Below, one piece after another: positions 45,590-58,377 of a DNA stretch of 64,000 bases. The notes beneath the pieces are model-generated. The model saw only the letters and a list, made by a program, of their open reading frames with translations, was not told the origin of the DNA and did not search any database. A program made the translations under genes and the position numbers. Origin of the DNA: Heteronotia binoei (taxonomy: Eukaryota); NCBI RefSeq assembly GCF_032191835.1, contig NC_083223.1:259160001-259224000 (forward strand), in the 5' to 3' direction. Each line of letters begins with the position of its first letter. Positions within the stretch are counted from its first letter, which is position 1.

Positions 45590-47575
45590 ATTCTGAGGAT
45601 CCATGGTCCGTAACTCTGTTCTTGCTCCATGGGGTTGCCATGGACCCATAACTTCTGTGGTGCAGACTCTACCCATGGACATGATACATGGTTTGATGTT
45701 GATGTTCGGGTGACCCCGAGCAAAAACCATGGGGATCCATGTGGTTCCATGGTGCAGGACCATTTTTATCTACATGGTGTCACCCCAAAGCTGTGGATCC
45801 ATGGTAATGGGATATAAGTTGTGGCCATTGACATGATATATTACTTGGGATGATATGAAGCAGGAACAGAAAAATCTATTAGGATCCATGGTGCAGAACC
45901 AGTTTTTGCTCCAAGGTGTCACCAAAAAGTTGTGGATCCATGGTTTTAGGATATAAGTTGTGGCTTTTGACATAATATATGACTCCAGGGGGAGCTTGGG
46001 GTGATCTGAAGCAAGAACAGAAAGATCAATTAAGATCCGTGGTATGAAACCAGGTTTTTGGTCCCTGGAACTGCCACGAAGCTGTGGATCCACGATTTCT
46101 GTGGTGCAAACTCTGCCCATGGACATGATATGTGACTGGATGGAGGGGTTGGGGGGATCCAAAGCAAAAATCATGTGGATCCATGAGGATCCGTGGTCCA
46201 AAACCAAGTTTTTGGTCCCTGGCGCTGCCACGAAGCAATGGATCCATGATTTCTGGGGTGCAAACTCTGCCCATGGACATATGTGACTGGATGGAGGGCT
46301 TGGGGGGAACCAAAGCAAAAATCATGTGGATCCATGAGGATCCATGGGCCAAAACCAAGTTTTGCTCCCTGGCGCTGCCATGAAGCCGTGGATCCATGAT
46401 TTCTGGGGTGCAAACTCTGCCCATGGACATGATATGTGACTGGATGGAGGGGTTGGGGGGATCCAAAGCAAAAATCATGTGAATCCATGAGCATCCATGA
46501 TCCAAAACCAGGTTTTTGGTCCCTGGCGCTGCCACGAAGCCGTGGATCCACGATTTCTGTGGTGCAAACTCTGCCCATGGACATGATATGTGACTGGATG
46601 GAGGGCTTGGGGGATCCAAAGCAAAAATCATGTGGATCCATGAGGATCTGTGGTCCAAAACCAAGTTTTTGGTCCCTGGCGCTTCCATGAAGCCATGGAT
46701 CCGATTTCTGGGGTGCAAACTCTGCCCATGGACATGATATGTGACTGGATGGAGAGCTCGGGGGGATCCAAAGCAAAAATCATGTGGATCCATGAAGATC
46801 CGTGGTTCAAAACCAATTTTTTTGTTTCTGGCGCTGCCATGAAGCCGTGAATCCACGATTTCTGTGGTGCAAACTCTGCCCATGGACATGATATGTGACT
46901 GGATGGAGGGCTTGGGGGGATCCAAAGCAAACATAATGCGGATCCATGAGGATCCGTGGTCCAAAACCAAGTTTTTGGTCCCTGGTACTACCACGAAGCC
47001 GTGGATCCACAATTTCTGTCGTGCAAACTCTGCCCGTGGACATGATATAAGAATAGATGGTGAGGCTGGGGGGATCCGAAGCAAAAATCATGTGGATCCA
47101 TGTGGATCCGTGGTCCAAAACCAAGTTTTTGGTCCCTGGTGCTGCCACGAAGCCATGGATCCACGATTTCTGTGGTTCAAACTCTGCCCATGGACATGAT
47201 ATAAGAATAGATGGTGAGGCTGCGGGGATCCAAAGCAAAAATCATGTGGATCCATGAGGATCCGTGATTTGGAAACATGTTTTTTTCAGTGCTGTGGCGC
47301 CACACATTCTTGGAGGCATGATTTTTCTTGTGCTGTCTATAGTCTAAGAGAGGATCTACAACATGATGTTGGTTTGATTTCATTTCACCATAAAAATCAT
47401 ATGAATTCATGAGGATCCGTGCTTTGGAACCCTGTTTTTGCACTGCTGAGGCGCCACGAATTCGTGGAGGCATGATTTTTGTAGTTCTGCCTATAGTCTA
47501 AGACAGGATCTACAGAATAATACTGGTTTTATTTCATTTCAATGTAAAAATCATATGAATTCATGAAGATCCGTG
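45590..47575. repeat. ~154-bp tandem array, ~13 units (8 homogeneous central units at ~46030-47265)
   Basis: Marker caaactctgccc recurs at 46107, 46261, 46411, 46565, 46716, 46870, 47024, 47178. Confidence 0.92.
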
Positions 47576-47994
47576 TAGATCTGACTTTTACCCAGACCCG
47601 TCCAAGGTGTCTTTGCAGAGACAAGTAGTGGCAAACCACCTCTGTTCATCTCTGGCCTTGAAAATAGGATCACCGCAAGTCAGCTGCAAGTTGACAGCAC
47701 TTCACACACACACACACACACACAGAGTCTTTAAGGTGTGTAAGGCACCTATTTAATTTTGCTGCGACAGACTTAACACAGCTGGCATTCCAGAAGACTT
47801 ACTAAGTAGGGGGTGAATCCTCACTGACCTTTGAGAGGCTTGCTTCTAAGCAACCATGTTTAGGACTGTGCCAAAAAAAATATGCAGAATTTTAAAAAGG
47901 TGGGGGCACGATAAGAGCAGGCTTTAAGCGAAGATCAACATAACGGATGCACCGTATGATTTACAAACTGAGCCCCATCACTGATCATAAAAAT

Positions 47995-48136
47995 GGCTGC
48001 GATCACACATGCTAAATAATTCAGTTTCAATCCACTTTCAGTGCACTTCCCAACTGGATTTGGTGGGAACTGAAGTGGCAAAATCCAGTTTGAAAGCGGT
48101 TTGAAACCGCATTATTTAGCATACGGGATCGCAGCC
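47995..48136. mobile_element. PIF/Harbinger-type MITE
   Basis: TIRs ggctgcgatc / gatcgcagcc with complementary tgctaaataat / attatttagca; 3-bp TSD imperfect. Confidence 0.6.
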
Positions 48137-48229
48137 AAAGTGAACAAAAACAGTATTTAAAAGCAAGGGGGAGGGGTGCTTGCAACCACAGGTAGTGCAA
48201 AGTGTTATGCAACGGGAGCCGCCAAATTA

Positions 48230-48620
48230 CTCGACTCACCTCCCCCCGGTACAAAAACAAAATCCCCGTAAGGGAAACCAGAGACTCCTCACCAGGATCC
48301 AGGAAGTTCCCGCACCGCTGGCTGGTTCTGCATGGTGAGACTGTAATCTTGACTCAGTAGCAGAGAGATAGGCGTTCCCGGGCCAGGATGGACAACGCCT
48401 ACTCGCCAATCAGCGCGCAACGCAAAGGGCAGGAGGCGTGGCCCAGAGGGGGAGACTAGAAAAGCGAAAGCAGATACATGGGCCCCGCCGCTGAGCGGGA
48501 AAGGAGATGAGTTTGTGTGCGCATGCGCTTCTGCTGACTTGGCCCTGGTCGTGTGCTGAGTCTGCGCAGTCGTGCGCTCAGTGCGGTGGAGATGTAAAAA
48601 AAAAGGGAAACGCGGCAGAT
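48230..48620 (-). promoter_or_regulatory. CpG-island promoter of the AKR gene
   Basis: NRF1-like TGCGCATGCGC 48518-48528, CCAAT 48406-48410, GC boxes at ~48432 and ~48483. Confidence 0.7.
48293..48333 (-). CDS. Aldo-keto reductase coding exon 1 (MQNQPAVRELPGS-W)
   Basis: ctcaccATG Kozak context in a CpG island; TG|GTGAGG phase-2 donor joins the G of exon 2 in frame; 906 nt total = 301 aa + stop. Confidence 0.8.
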
Positions 48621-49827
48621 AGAAGGGGGGGGGGGAGCTACTGCTTTTTTTGCGTGTAATAAAAATCCATGCAATATATATGTGTGTGTTCAAAAAATCC
48701 ATGCAATATTATATTATATATATGTATTTGCGCGTGCGGGTTCACACAACCCCTATTTACAGGTAATTAAAAAGGGTAGCTACTCGATGGTGCACAGACG
48801 AGCACTGACTTTTGACATGTTTTCAACCCAACTGTAAAATTCTGCACTGGCAAAAAAAGGACTCTGTACATGTTCTGAGAATGTGTGCATAGTGGTGCCA
48901 GAGTGCAGAATGGCTGCCCTTCGTGGCTGAACTTTTCCAGTGCTTGGGAAGATTTTTTTTTTTTTAATTTCAAAGGTTTTGGATGCCTTTTTTTTCACTC
49001 CCAGTAATCTTCAAGATATTTAAATCAGTATGCACAAAGTACCTGCAAGCCTATATTATTTTCTTGCTCAAAATTGTACTGATGCTCCCTCATAACTTTT
49101 TAAAGGGCTAATGCCTTCCAAACCTCTAGGGCCCCATTAAAACAGCAGTACAGCGAAATTACTTTGGGAAGAATGGCTACAGAAGCTCTCCTGGCCTACT
49201 TGGTTTAGAAAAGAGATGACTAAGGGTGGGGAGGGGTGCCATGATAGAGGTTTATTTAATTATATGTGGGGTGGAGAGAGTGGGCAGAGAGAAATGCGGT
49301 ACTTTTCCTTTTCCCAAAATACTAGAACTTTAGGGCATCTACTGACGCTGATGGGCTGCAGATTCAGGACAGACAAAAAGGAAATAATTCTTTACAAGGA
49401 GAACAGTTAAAATGCGACATTCACTGCCAGAGGATACCCACAGGCAGAGAAAGTTTTAAAAGGAAATTGGATAGATTCATGAAGGACAATTCTCTCAATG
49501 GCTACTGGCCATGGTGGCTGAGGGGAACCTCCACATTCGGAGGCAGTCAGCCTCTGAATCCCAGAACCAGGAGGCAACATCAGGGGAGGTGTTTGTACTC
49601 TGTTGTTGGCCCTCCATTTACATAAGAACATAAGAGAAGCCATGTTGGATCAGGCCAATGGCCCATCCAGTCCAACATTCTGTGTCACACAGTGGCCAAA
49701 AAACGCAGATGCCATCAGGAGGTCCATCAGTGGGGCCAGGACACCAGAAGCCCTCCTACTGTTGTTCCCCCCCACAAGCACCAAGAATACAGAGCATCAC
49801 TGCCCCAGACAGAGAGTTCCATCTATT

Positions 49828-50866
49828 TTGTTGTTTTTCAGTCGTACAGTTGAGTCCGACTCTTTGCGACCCCATGGACAAAGTCGCGCCAGACCCTCCT
49901 GTCTTCCACCATCCTCCGAAGTCTGCTCAAATTCATGTTTGTTACATCAGTAGCACTGTCCAGCCATTTCATCTTTTGCCGTCCCCTTCTTCTTTTGCCT
50001 TCTGTCTTTCCCAGCATCAGGATCTTCTCCAGGAAGTGCTCCCTTCCCATTTGGTGGCCAAAGTATTTGAGCTTCAGCTTCGGCATCTGACCTTCCAGGG
50101 AACAGTCTGGGTTGATTTCCCTTAGGACTGACTGATTTGATCTTCTTGCAGTCCAAGGGACTCTCAAGAGTCTTCTCCAGCACCACATCTCAAAAGCATC
50201 TATTCTTCTGCACTTGGCCTTCCTTATGGTCCAGCTCTCACAGCCATACATTACTACTGGGAATACCATCGCTTTGACTATACAGACTTTTGTTGGCAGG
50301 GTGATGTCTCTACTTTTTATTATACTGCCCAGGTTCGCCGTAGCCGTCCTCCCAAGGAGCAAACGTCTTTTAATTTCATGGCTACAGTCATCATCTGCAG
50401 TGATTTTGGATCCCAGAAATGTGAACTCTGTCACTACTTCCATGTCTTCCCCTTCTATTTGCCAAGGTGTGATGGGGCCAGATGTCATGATCTTAGTTTT
50501 GTTGATGTTGAGTTTCAAGCCTACTTTTGTGCTCTCCTCTTTAACCCTCAACAAGAGGTTCTTAAGGTCCTCCTCACTTTCTGCCATTAGTGTCATCTGC
50601 GTAGCTGAGGTTGTTGATGTTTTTCCCGGCAATCTTAATTCCGGCTTGTGCTTCATCCAGGCCAGCATTCCGCATTATGTACTCTGCATTTAGATTAAAT
50701 AAGCAGGGCGACAATATACATCCTTGTCAAACTCCTTTTCCTTTTCTAAATCAATCAATTGTTCCATATCCCGTTCTGACAGTTGCTTCTTGACCCTTAT
50801 ACAGATTTCTCAGGGGACAAGTGAGGTGGTCTGGTACTCCCATCTCTTTAAGGACTTTCCATCTAT
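49828..50866 (-). mobile_element. RTE-BovB LINE, 5'-truncated
   Basis: NINNLSYADD then frameshift; MAESEEDLK.LL.RVKEES.KVGLKLNI.KTKIM and CRRIDAFEMWCWRRLLRVPWTARRSNQS; 3' end ggggtcgcaaagagtcggac. Confidence 0.93.
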
Positions 50867-52734
50867 ACCTTGCGGCTATCACAACTTTAATGCCAGTAGC
50901 TCACGAAGTAGAATTTTTGTTCACAAAACTCCACAGCTTAGAGGGAGCATTGGCTGCCACAGGGACTGTGAGACAGGAGGCTGGACTAGATGATCCAGCA
51001 GGGCTCTTCTTAACATTCTTATATTCCTACCTTCCCCTCCTTCCCTTTCCTGTACTGAAAACAGTAGTTAGAATGTCATACTCAGGGCTGTTTTTTTAGC
51101 AGGAACACACAGCAACGCAGTTCTGGCTGGCTTGGTATCAGTTCCGGCTGGCTTGGTGTCAGGGGCTATGGCCTAATATGCAAATTAGTTCCTCTTAGGC
51201 TTTTTCTACCAAAAAAGCCTGTGTGAAACCATGGTGATGTCAGGGAGAATGGCCTAATATGCAAATGAGTTCCTGCTGGGCTTTTTCTACCAAAAAAGCC
51301 CTGGTCATACTGATGCGAGGGAGAGCCAAATACAAATCACCACCATTATCTTCTCAGTCTAACCTACCTAACAAAGTTGTTATAAAGATCAACTGGAGAG
51401 AAGTGTGCTGAGCTGAATTCTTTGGAGTTAAAATGTACAATTTAATCACATTTCCAAAGTAAGCTTGGGCTGAAAGCCTAGCTTAGGTTTAGAAGGTTGA
51501 GGTCCAAATCTCTCCTTAACCAGAAATGTCACTGGCCTCTGGCACGCAGCCATCTCCCAGCTTAATTTACTTTCCAGTCACGCTGCAAGACTATGAGGAG
51601 AAGGCGATTTATTTGGTCACACATTTGTTTAAAACATTTCTGTCCTGCATCGATAATTGGAATTCTCAAGTTATTATAAAACACAATTAAACCAACACTA
51701 TCAGTGGTAATAAATCCTGACAGCAGAAAACAGCAGTAACGTTTATATACAAATGACCTAGCAAGTACAAGCTGTTAAAAACAAAGAAAAGGACCACTGC
51801 AAGAGCCACTAAGAAAAATATCTATATACTAAAAGGCCAGGACTGCATAAATCTTGGAGAGGAGCCATGGGGAAACAGGAAACTGAATCAAAATAACATA
51901 ACCAACATAGAACAACAGGAAAAGCAATCTCGCTTGACACCAAAGGCCTGGGAAAATGTAAGAACAAAAACAACCTCCATTAGGAGCTAAAAACTGGGCG
52001 GGGGGGAGGGGAGTGCCAATTGAGAAGTGATCGCCTGCTCTAACCAGAGGTCAGTTCCTTTGGAGAAAATGGCTACTGTGGAGGGTGGACTCTACACCAT
52101 TATCCCCCACAGAGGTCCCTCCCTTTCTCAAATCCTGCCCTCTTCAGACACCATCCCTAAATCTCCAGGAATTTCCCAGACTGGAGTCGGCAACCCTAAA
52201 GGGTACAATGGGCACTGACAGGCAATTGGATGTTCCAAGCTTTTGGGAAATGGGTCCAGGGCCGGATGTACCTATTTTTGAAGGGGGGGCAAAGTTAGAA
52301 AATGGTACCCCCCACTACCCTCCCACCATGAAGATCTACCTTTTTGGAGGGGAAAGGGGTGGTGGTGGCACCCCCCCTTGCTCTGGCACCTGGGGCAGCT
52401 GCCCCCTCTGCCCCTCAAGATCTGGCCCGGTGTGGGTCCACCCATCGGCCACTGGAAGAGGAAAGCAGTTTTCCTTCCAAACCCATTTTGAAAGTGTGTG
52501 TAAAGTGAGAACTTTTGTTTTTGCTGGTGGGTGGGGTTTGGATGACAAGAAGAGGTGACCAAGGATCTGGTGTTGTCCATGTGCTTACTTCTGGTTCTAC
52601 TACTTACTGCCTGCTCGACCAGTACAGATAATTACAATGCTCATCGTTCGCCTTCAGTGCTTTGATGCCTGCCCTGGCTGTTTCTGGGCTTAGTGATGAA
52701 AGCAGGTGGTTCTGAAAGGGCCATATGGTTGCCA

Positions 52735-52885
52735 GCAGTCTTGGGCATTACTTAGGACCAAATCCAGGATCGCCCCACCCCTGGTAGGTTCTGAGACCAT
52801 CTGCTCCATAGCACAGTCATTGAGAGCATCAAGAAACTCAATCTCTTTCTCTCGACCAGAACACTTATGCTTATCCCATTACATA
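52735..52885 (-). mobile_element. CR1 ORF2 endonuclease fragment
   Basis: Minus-strand translation EIEFLDALNDCAMEQMVSEPTRGGAILDLVLSN. Confidence 0.8.
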
Positions 52886-55709
52886 TATTGAACTCATCTC
52901 TCATTGTCAATCTCACATACTGCTGTTTTGCTGCTTTCGCATGCTCATACTACTCAGATCAAAGGTTTGCTCAATTTGTTAATTTTACTATTCTGTCATT
53001 GTACCATTTTACATTCTAAACCACTGCTACCAGATAATTTTACTTCACTGTCATTGGTTCTTAAATCTGTGCCATGTTGCATTCTGGGCCACTGCCTACC
53101 AGCTATGTATGGCTCTGCTCAGCTATGTATGGCTTTGCTCATTATGCTGGATTCCTTGTCTGATGAAGTGTGCTTAAGAACACATGAAAGCTTACCTTCT
53201 AAATAAAAATTTGTTGGTCTTAAAGGTGCAACTTGACTCCCGCTTTGTTCAACTGCTTCAGACCAACATGGCTGCCTGCTTGGATCTATCTACTTTTTAA
53301 GCTGGGTAACCTACAAACCAGTTTGGTGTAGTGGTTAAGTGTGCAGACTCTTCTCTGGGAAAACTGGGTTTGATTCCCCACTCCTTCACTTGCAGCTGCT
53401 GGAATGGCAGATTTCAATTGGTGAGAGATGTAAAAGTGATTGCGCCGCTTGGGAGCAGTGACCATAATGTTATTGATTTGTATAAATAGGGAGTTGCCCA
53501 AAAAGACCGCCACAACCACGTTTAACTTTAAAAGGGGTAAATTCTCTGAGATGAGGAGGCATGTGAGGAGGAAACTAGTAAATAACTAGTCCACAATGGG
53601 AATTACGACTCTGGTGTTGAAGTCTCTCCCCTCCCCAAATGTCACCTCCAGCTCCAAGTATTTCCCAAGCTGGAGCTGGCAGCCCTCTTCATATGTCTTA
53701 CTTTGGGCTTTCTGAAAGCATCTATCTGGCCATGAAGGGTGACATGATAGAGGTTTACAAGATTATGCATGGGATAGAGAAGGTAGAGAAAGAAGTACTT
53801 TTCTCGCTTTCTCACAATACAAGAACTCATGGTACTCAATGAAATTGCTCAGCAGTCGAGTTAGAATGGATAAAAGGAAGTACTTAACACATAGAATTCA
53901 CTGCCACAGGAGGTGGTGGTGTCTACGACTTCAAGAAGTGATTGGATAAACACATGAAGCAGAGGTCCATCAGAATTAAAGGAACTCTCTGTCTGGGGCA
54001 GTGATGCTCTGTATTCTTGGTGCTTGGGGGGGGGGGCAACAGTGGGAGGGCTTCTAGTGTCCTGGCCCCACTGATGGACCTCCTGATGGCACCTGTTTGG
54101 GGGGGTTTTGGCCACTGTGTGACAGGGTGTTGGACTTTATGAGCCATTGGCCTGATCCAACATGGCTTCTCTCTTATGTTCTTATGAAAAAGGATGCTGG
54201 ACTAAATGAACTGTTAGTGTAATTACGCAAAGCAATTCTCATATATACATATGTATTTAAAAAGATTAGACCATGAACACATGAAGCTGCCTTATACTGA
54301 ACAGGCCATTGGCCCATCAAAGTCAGCATTGCCTACTCAGACTGGCAGGGTCTCAGTCCAGAGAAAAGTCTTTCCCATCACCTACTGCCTGTTCCTTTTA
54401 ACTGGAGCGGCCAGGAACTGAACCTAGGACCCTACCTGCTCTCCCACTGAGCCACTAACCCTCCTCAGGTTTATGACAGACTCATCTAGCAATGTTTCCT
54501 TTCCGCAGTAACTAAATAAAACCTCCACATCTAGAGGTACTACACCTCTGAATATCAGCTTCAGCCTTCTCTCCATGCCATTTTCCTGAGCCAGGATTGT
54601 CCGGGGGAAGGGCGACATTCTTTGCTTCTTAGAAAGTTGCACATGACTTGATGGGCTATGCATGCAACCCTCAAAGTGGAGCTGGAAAAATGGAGAAGAG
54701 GAGAAAGTTGAAGCTTCTTCTGCAGTGAACTGTGGTCCTGATCCAAGTGTGTTTGGGAACTTAGTTCCCAGCAGAGTGACATGTGGCTGATGGATTTTGG
54801 AAGGAAAATGAGCAAGTTGTGGCTAATGACGTCGGGAGTCAGTGGGAGTACAGCAGAGTGCCACACATGTAAGTGTGTGTAATATGTGCTTCTAGAACTC
54901 CCCTATGGATTTGGTACTCATGCTTCCAGACCTCATCCTGGTTCCATTGAATCATTTCAGCCATTCCTACAGCCAATTTACCTGCTTGATCACTGCTAAT
55001 CAGCTAAGAATACCCCCCTCAGCCCTCTTTTCAGAACCAAGCCGCTCATGCACAGATGTAGAGTGCCTGAAAGCGATCTCAAAGTAACCAACAGGCCCAG
55101 AGGCGCTGTATTTCCATAGCATCTTTTCTGAGACTCGCTCTCAAAGGTGGCTTTTAGCAGCTGAACTCAGCATCTCTGAAGACAAAGCAGGCAGGAATGC
55201 TGAGCCATTTAGAACGCTGCAGCTGCATGAGATGAAAAAAGAAAAGACTTGTATTGCAACAAATTTGTAGAATAAAGACATTCATTTTCTACTTCATTTC
55301 TTTCTCGGCTTGAGTATTGATTCAGAACTGAACATAGTTCCTGATAGAAGAGCAACAAAGATCTAAACAGCCTGGGACTGGGGGAGGGGGGGGGGAAATC
55401 ACCTCAGCTCAAATGAATTTGCCCTCAATTTACGACTGTGTAATTTGCTTGACATACTAGCATTAAATGACATAGGGTTGCCAAGTCTGTGTTGGAAAAA
55501 TACCTGGAGACTTTGGAGGCAGATCTGGGAAAGGGTGGGGTTTGGGGAGGGGAGGTCCTCAGCACAGTACAATGCCCTGGAGTCCACCCATCAAAGCAGC
55601 CATTTTCTCCGAGGGAGCTGATCTCTGCCAGCTAGAGATCAGTTGTAAAAGCAGGAGATCTCCAGGCCCCACCTGGAGGCTAGCAACCCTAAAATGACAT
55701 GAGAATGCA

Positions 55710-58377
55710 TGGCCCTACGATAGCTCAGTCTTGTCAGATTTCAGAAGCCAGGCTAGCCTGATCTCCTCAGATCTCAGAAGCTAAGCAGGGTGTAATGTAC
55801 TGAGTGACGAGACGTGTTGAAGGCAACATGCTTTATTAGCGAGTACATCACAAGGCTAAACAACGCGGGCCAGGTCCCGATTATATAAATACCCCGGAAC
55901 AACCCTCAGTCTGGCCAGGTCTAATCCTGGCCAGTTAAACTTCCTGCCACAGATCTTGATTGGCAGAGCGTATTAGCGGAGCTACATCTGGGGACCAGAG
56001 GACTTCCACTGGTCACCTCAGTAGTGTCCGCTGTGTTGTAACTTCAGGACTGAAATGCAAGACACAACACTCCTCCCTCCTAGTTCAAGACACAAAGTCT
56101 TTCAAGTAGGCTGGTGCCCTGCGTTCCCGGGTTGACCTCCTCGGGGTTTTTTGGGGAGTTGGAGCGGCTGCCGTGACTGGCGGGGCGGCTGGTTCCTCGT
56201 GGTGGGGTGACGCCGGAAAAGGCTGTCCGTCGCCTGTTGCTGTTCCGGAATTTCCTCTTTGGGAGGGGTGCTCCCTCCACTGTGGTGCTCTTCCGCCCGC
56301 ATAGTCAGTGCGGCCGGCATAGGCTGGGTAGCTCCCGGGGGTGTTGCTGTTAGTACTCCCCCACTCCCCGCTCCCTCGATTGCTGTCGGTTCTTCTGGCA
56401 AGGTGCGATGGCACAGCTGGTCAATATGCCTCCTTAGAATCTGGCCCCCCTCTGACGAGACCTCGTAGGAGTGGGACCCGGTGACCCGCAGCACCTGGGC
56501 GGCTAACCACTCCGGCCTGCTTGCAAAGTTCTTTGCGTATACCGGATCCCCTGGAAAGAATCCCCTAGTGGCTTCCCTGGTTTCAGGGGAACTGCGGAAG
56601 TCCATAGCCCAGTCAGGATGCAACCTGTCTAGCCTCGTGATCAACTTCCTCCCCATTAGTAACTCGACAAGGCTTAATCCGGTGACGGGGTTGGGGGTGA
56701 TTCTGTTATCAAATAGGAAGGCTGCCAGGTGGTGATCCCAATCTCCCTGTACAATGTGACCCAGGACCTCTTTAGTGGTGCGCACCAAGCGCTCTGCTTG
56801 GCCGTTGGTGGCTGGATGGAAATGGGTGGACCAAATGTGCTGGATGAGGTACTGATTCAAGAACTTCTGGAATTCCCGGGCAGTGAAAGCAGTCCCATTG
56901 TCCATGACGAGGGTCTTGGGAATCCCATGAGTTCAAAAGATCCTTCACAAAGATCTGACCGCCGCCGCGGTGGAGGTTGAAGCTACGGGAATTACTTCCA
57001 ACCACTTGGTGTCTGCATCGACTAAAAGAAAGAATATTTGGCCCTGGTATGGCGCCGCAAAGTCTAGGTGTAACCAGGACCACGGTCTCCTGTTGGACTC
57101 CCAGCGGTGGACCGGGGCACTGGGCGGATCAGGCCGGGACTCTTGGCAGGGTTGGCACCTTCGAACCCACCCTTCTGTCTCCTCGTCCATCCCCAGCCAC
57201 CATACATAGCTACGTGCCAGGGCCTTCATGTGCACTATCCCTGGGTGTGTTTCGTGTAGGGCTTCCAGCACTTGCTTCTGCAATGGGGGGGGGGGAACCA
57301 CCACCCTGCTACCCCAGAGAAGGCACCCCTTGTGCATGGACAGTTCTTCTCTGCATGATGCGAATGCCCTGAATTCTGCGTCCAATTTGCCCGCAGGCCA
57401 CCCCCTTCCCACTCAGTCTAAAATGTGTTGCGGTCTCTACCCGTGGCCCTAGCTACCTCAGCTGCGTGGAGGGGCCTCTCTGGTAGAGTCTGTATAAGCC
57501 AGGTAGACTGTGGCCATCTCTCCCACCCCTTGATCCCTCTTGTGGAATAGAAATCGGTGGGCGATGATGGATGGCTGGGGCGAGAAGTACCCGGTCAGGA
57601 GTCTATCTCCTCGTATGTTTTCTCCGTGACCTTCGCGGGGGCCAAGAGACCCTTTACGATCTCGAATCTGGCCTCCCCGCAGACACTCTCTTACGGCTAT
57701 CGTCTGTAATCATGTTCGCTCGTAGGTAGCAGTCGACCCACTCCGTGTAGGTCTCCCACCTATCGGGGTTGGCGGGGTCGAACTCTGCAAGGTGGCCCGT
57801 TGTCCCACTTGGGTTAGCCATGGTGGCGGCGGGTGCTTCAGTCTCCCTAGACTGCGTGCCTTCTTCATCTCTGGCCAGGTCAGCAAAGTCCCGCTTTGGG
57901 AGTTACCTAACTAGAATCCCATCCTCGTCGCCACTGTAATGTACTGAGTGACGAGACGTGTTGAAGGCAACATGCTTTATTAGCAAGTACATCACAAGGC
58001 TAAACAACGCGGGCCGGGTCCCAATTATATACATACCCTGAAACAACCCTCAGTGTGGCCACGTCCAATCCTGGCCAGTTAAACTTCCCGCCACAGATCT
58101 TGATTGGCGAAGCGTATTAGCGGAGCTACATCCGGGGACCAGTGGGCTTCCACTGGTCACCTCAGTAGCATCCGCTGTGTTGTAACTTCAGGACTGAAAT
58201 GCAAGACACAACACAGGGCTGCCCCTGGTTAGTACTTGGATGAGAAACCATCAAGGAAGTCCAGGATTGCCACGCAGAGGCAGGCAATGGCAAACCACAT
58301 CTGATTGTCTCTTCACTTGAAAGTCTTACAGGACTGCAGTAGGTCAGCTGTGACTCGGCGGTGCTTTCTACCACCAC
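55710..58377 (+). mobile_element. 5S-derived SINE split by the Gypsy insertion (parts 55710-55790 and 58214-58377)
   Basis: gatctcagaagctaagcaggg | ...cctggttagtacttggat...; the halves rejoin into the 5S internal control region followed by the SINE body. Confidence 0.85.
55791..58213 (-). mobile_element. Internally deleted Gypsy/Ty3 LTR retrotransposon
   Basis: 279-bp LTRs (55791-56069, 57935-58213) with TG...CA termini; 5-bp TSD CAGGG; PBS 57914-57933; PPT 56070-56081; gag start MANPSGTTGHLAEFDP at 57821; integrase HHCC zinc finger and rve core at 56085-57412. Confidence 0.95.

Noticed and set aside
45770-47473. Long ORFs (up to 352 aa) across the tandem array
   Set aside because: The 154-bp unit is not a multiple of 3, so the ORFs cycle through all frames; they persist only because the minus strand has about one stop per unit. 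No splice or Kozak support and no recognisable domain.
45590-47575. CRISPR-like array
   Set aside because: Whole units are repeated with no unique spacers, the context is eukaryotic and there are no cas genes.
54561-54866. Exon-like segment ending in a GTAAGT donor
   Set aside because: The plus-strand frames contain stops and no translation resembles a known protein.
55750-58250. 5S rRNA gene
   Set aside because: Only part of the 5S sequence is present, diverged, fused to a SINE body and split by a retrotransposon.
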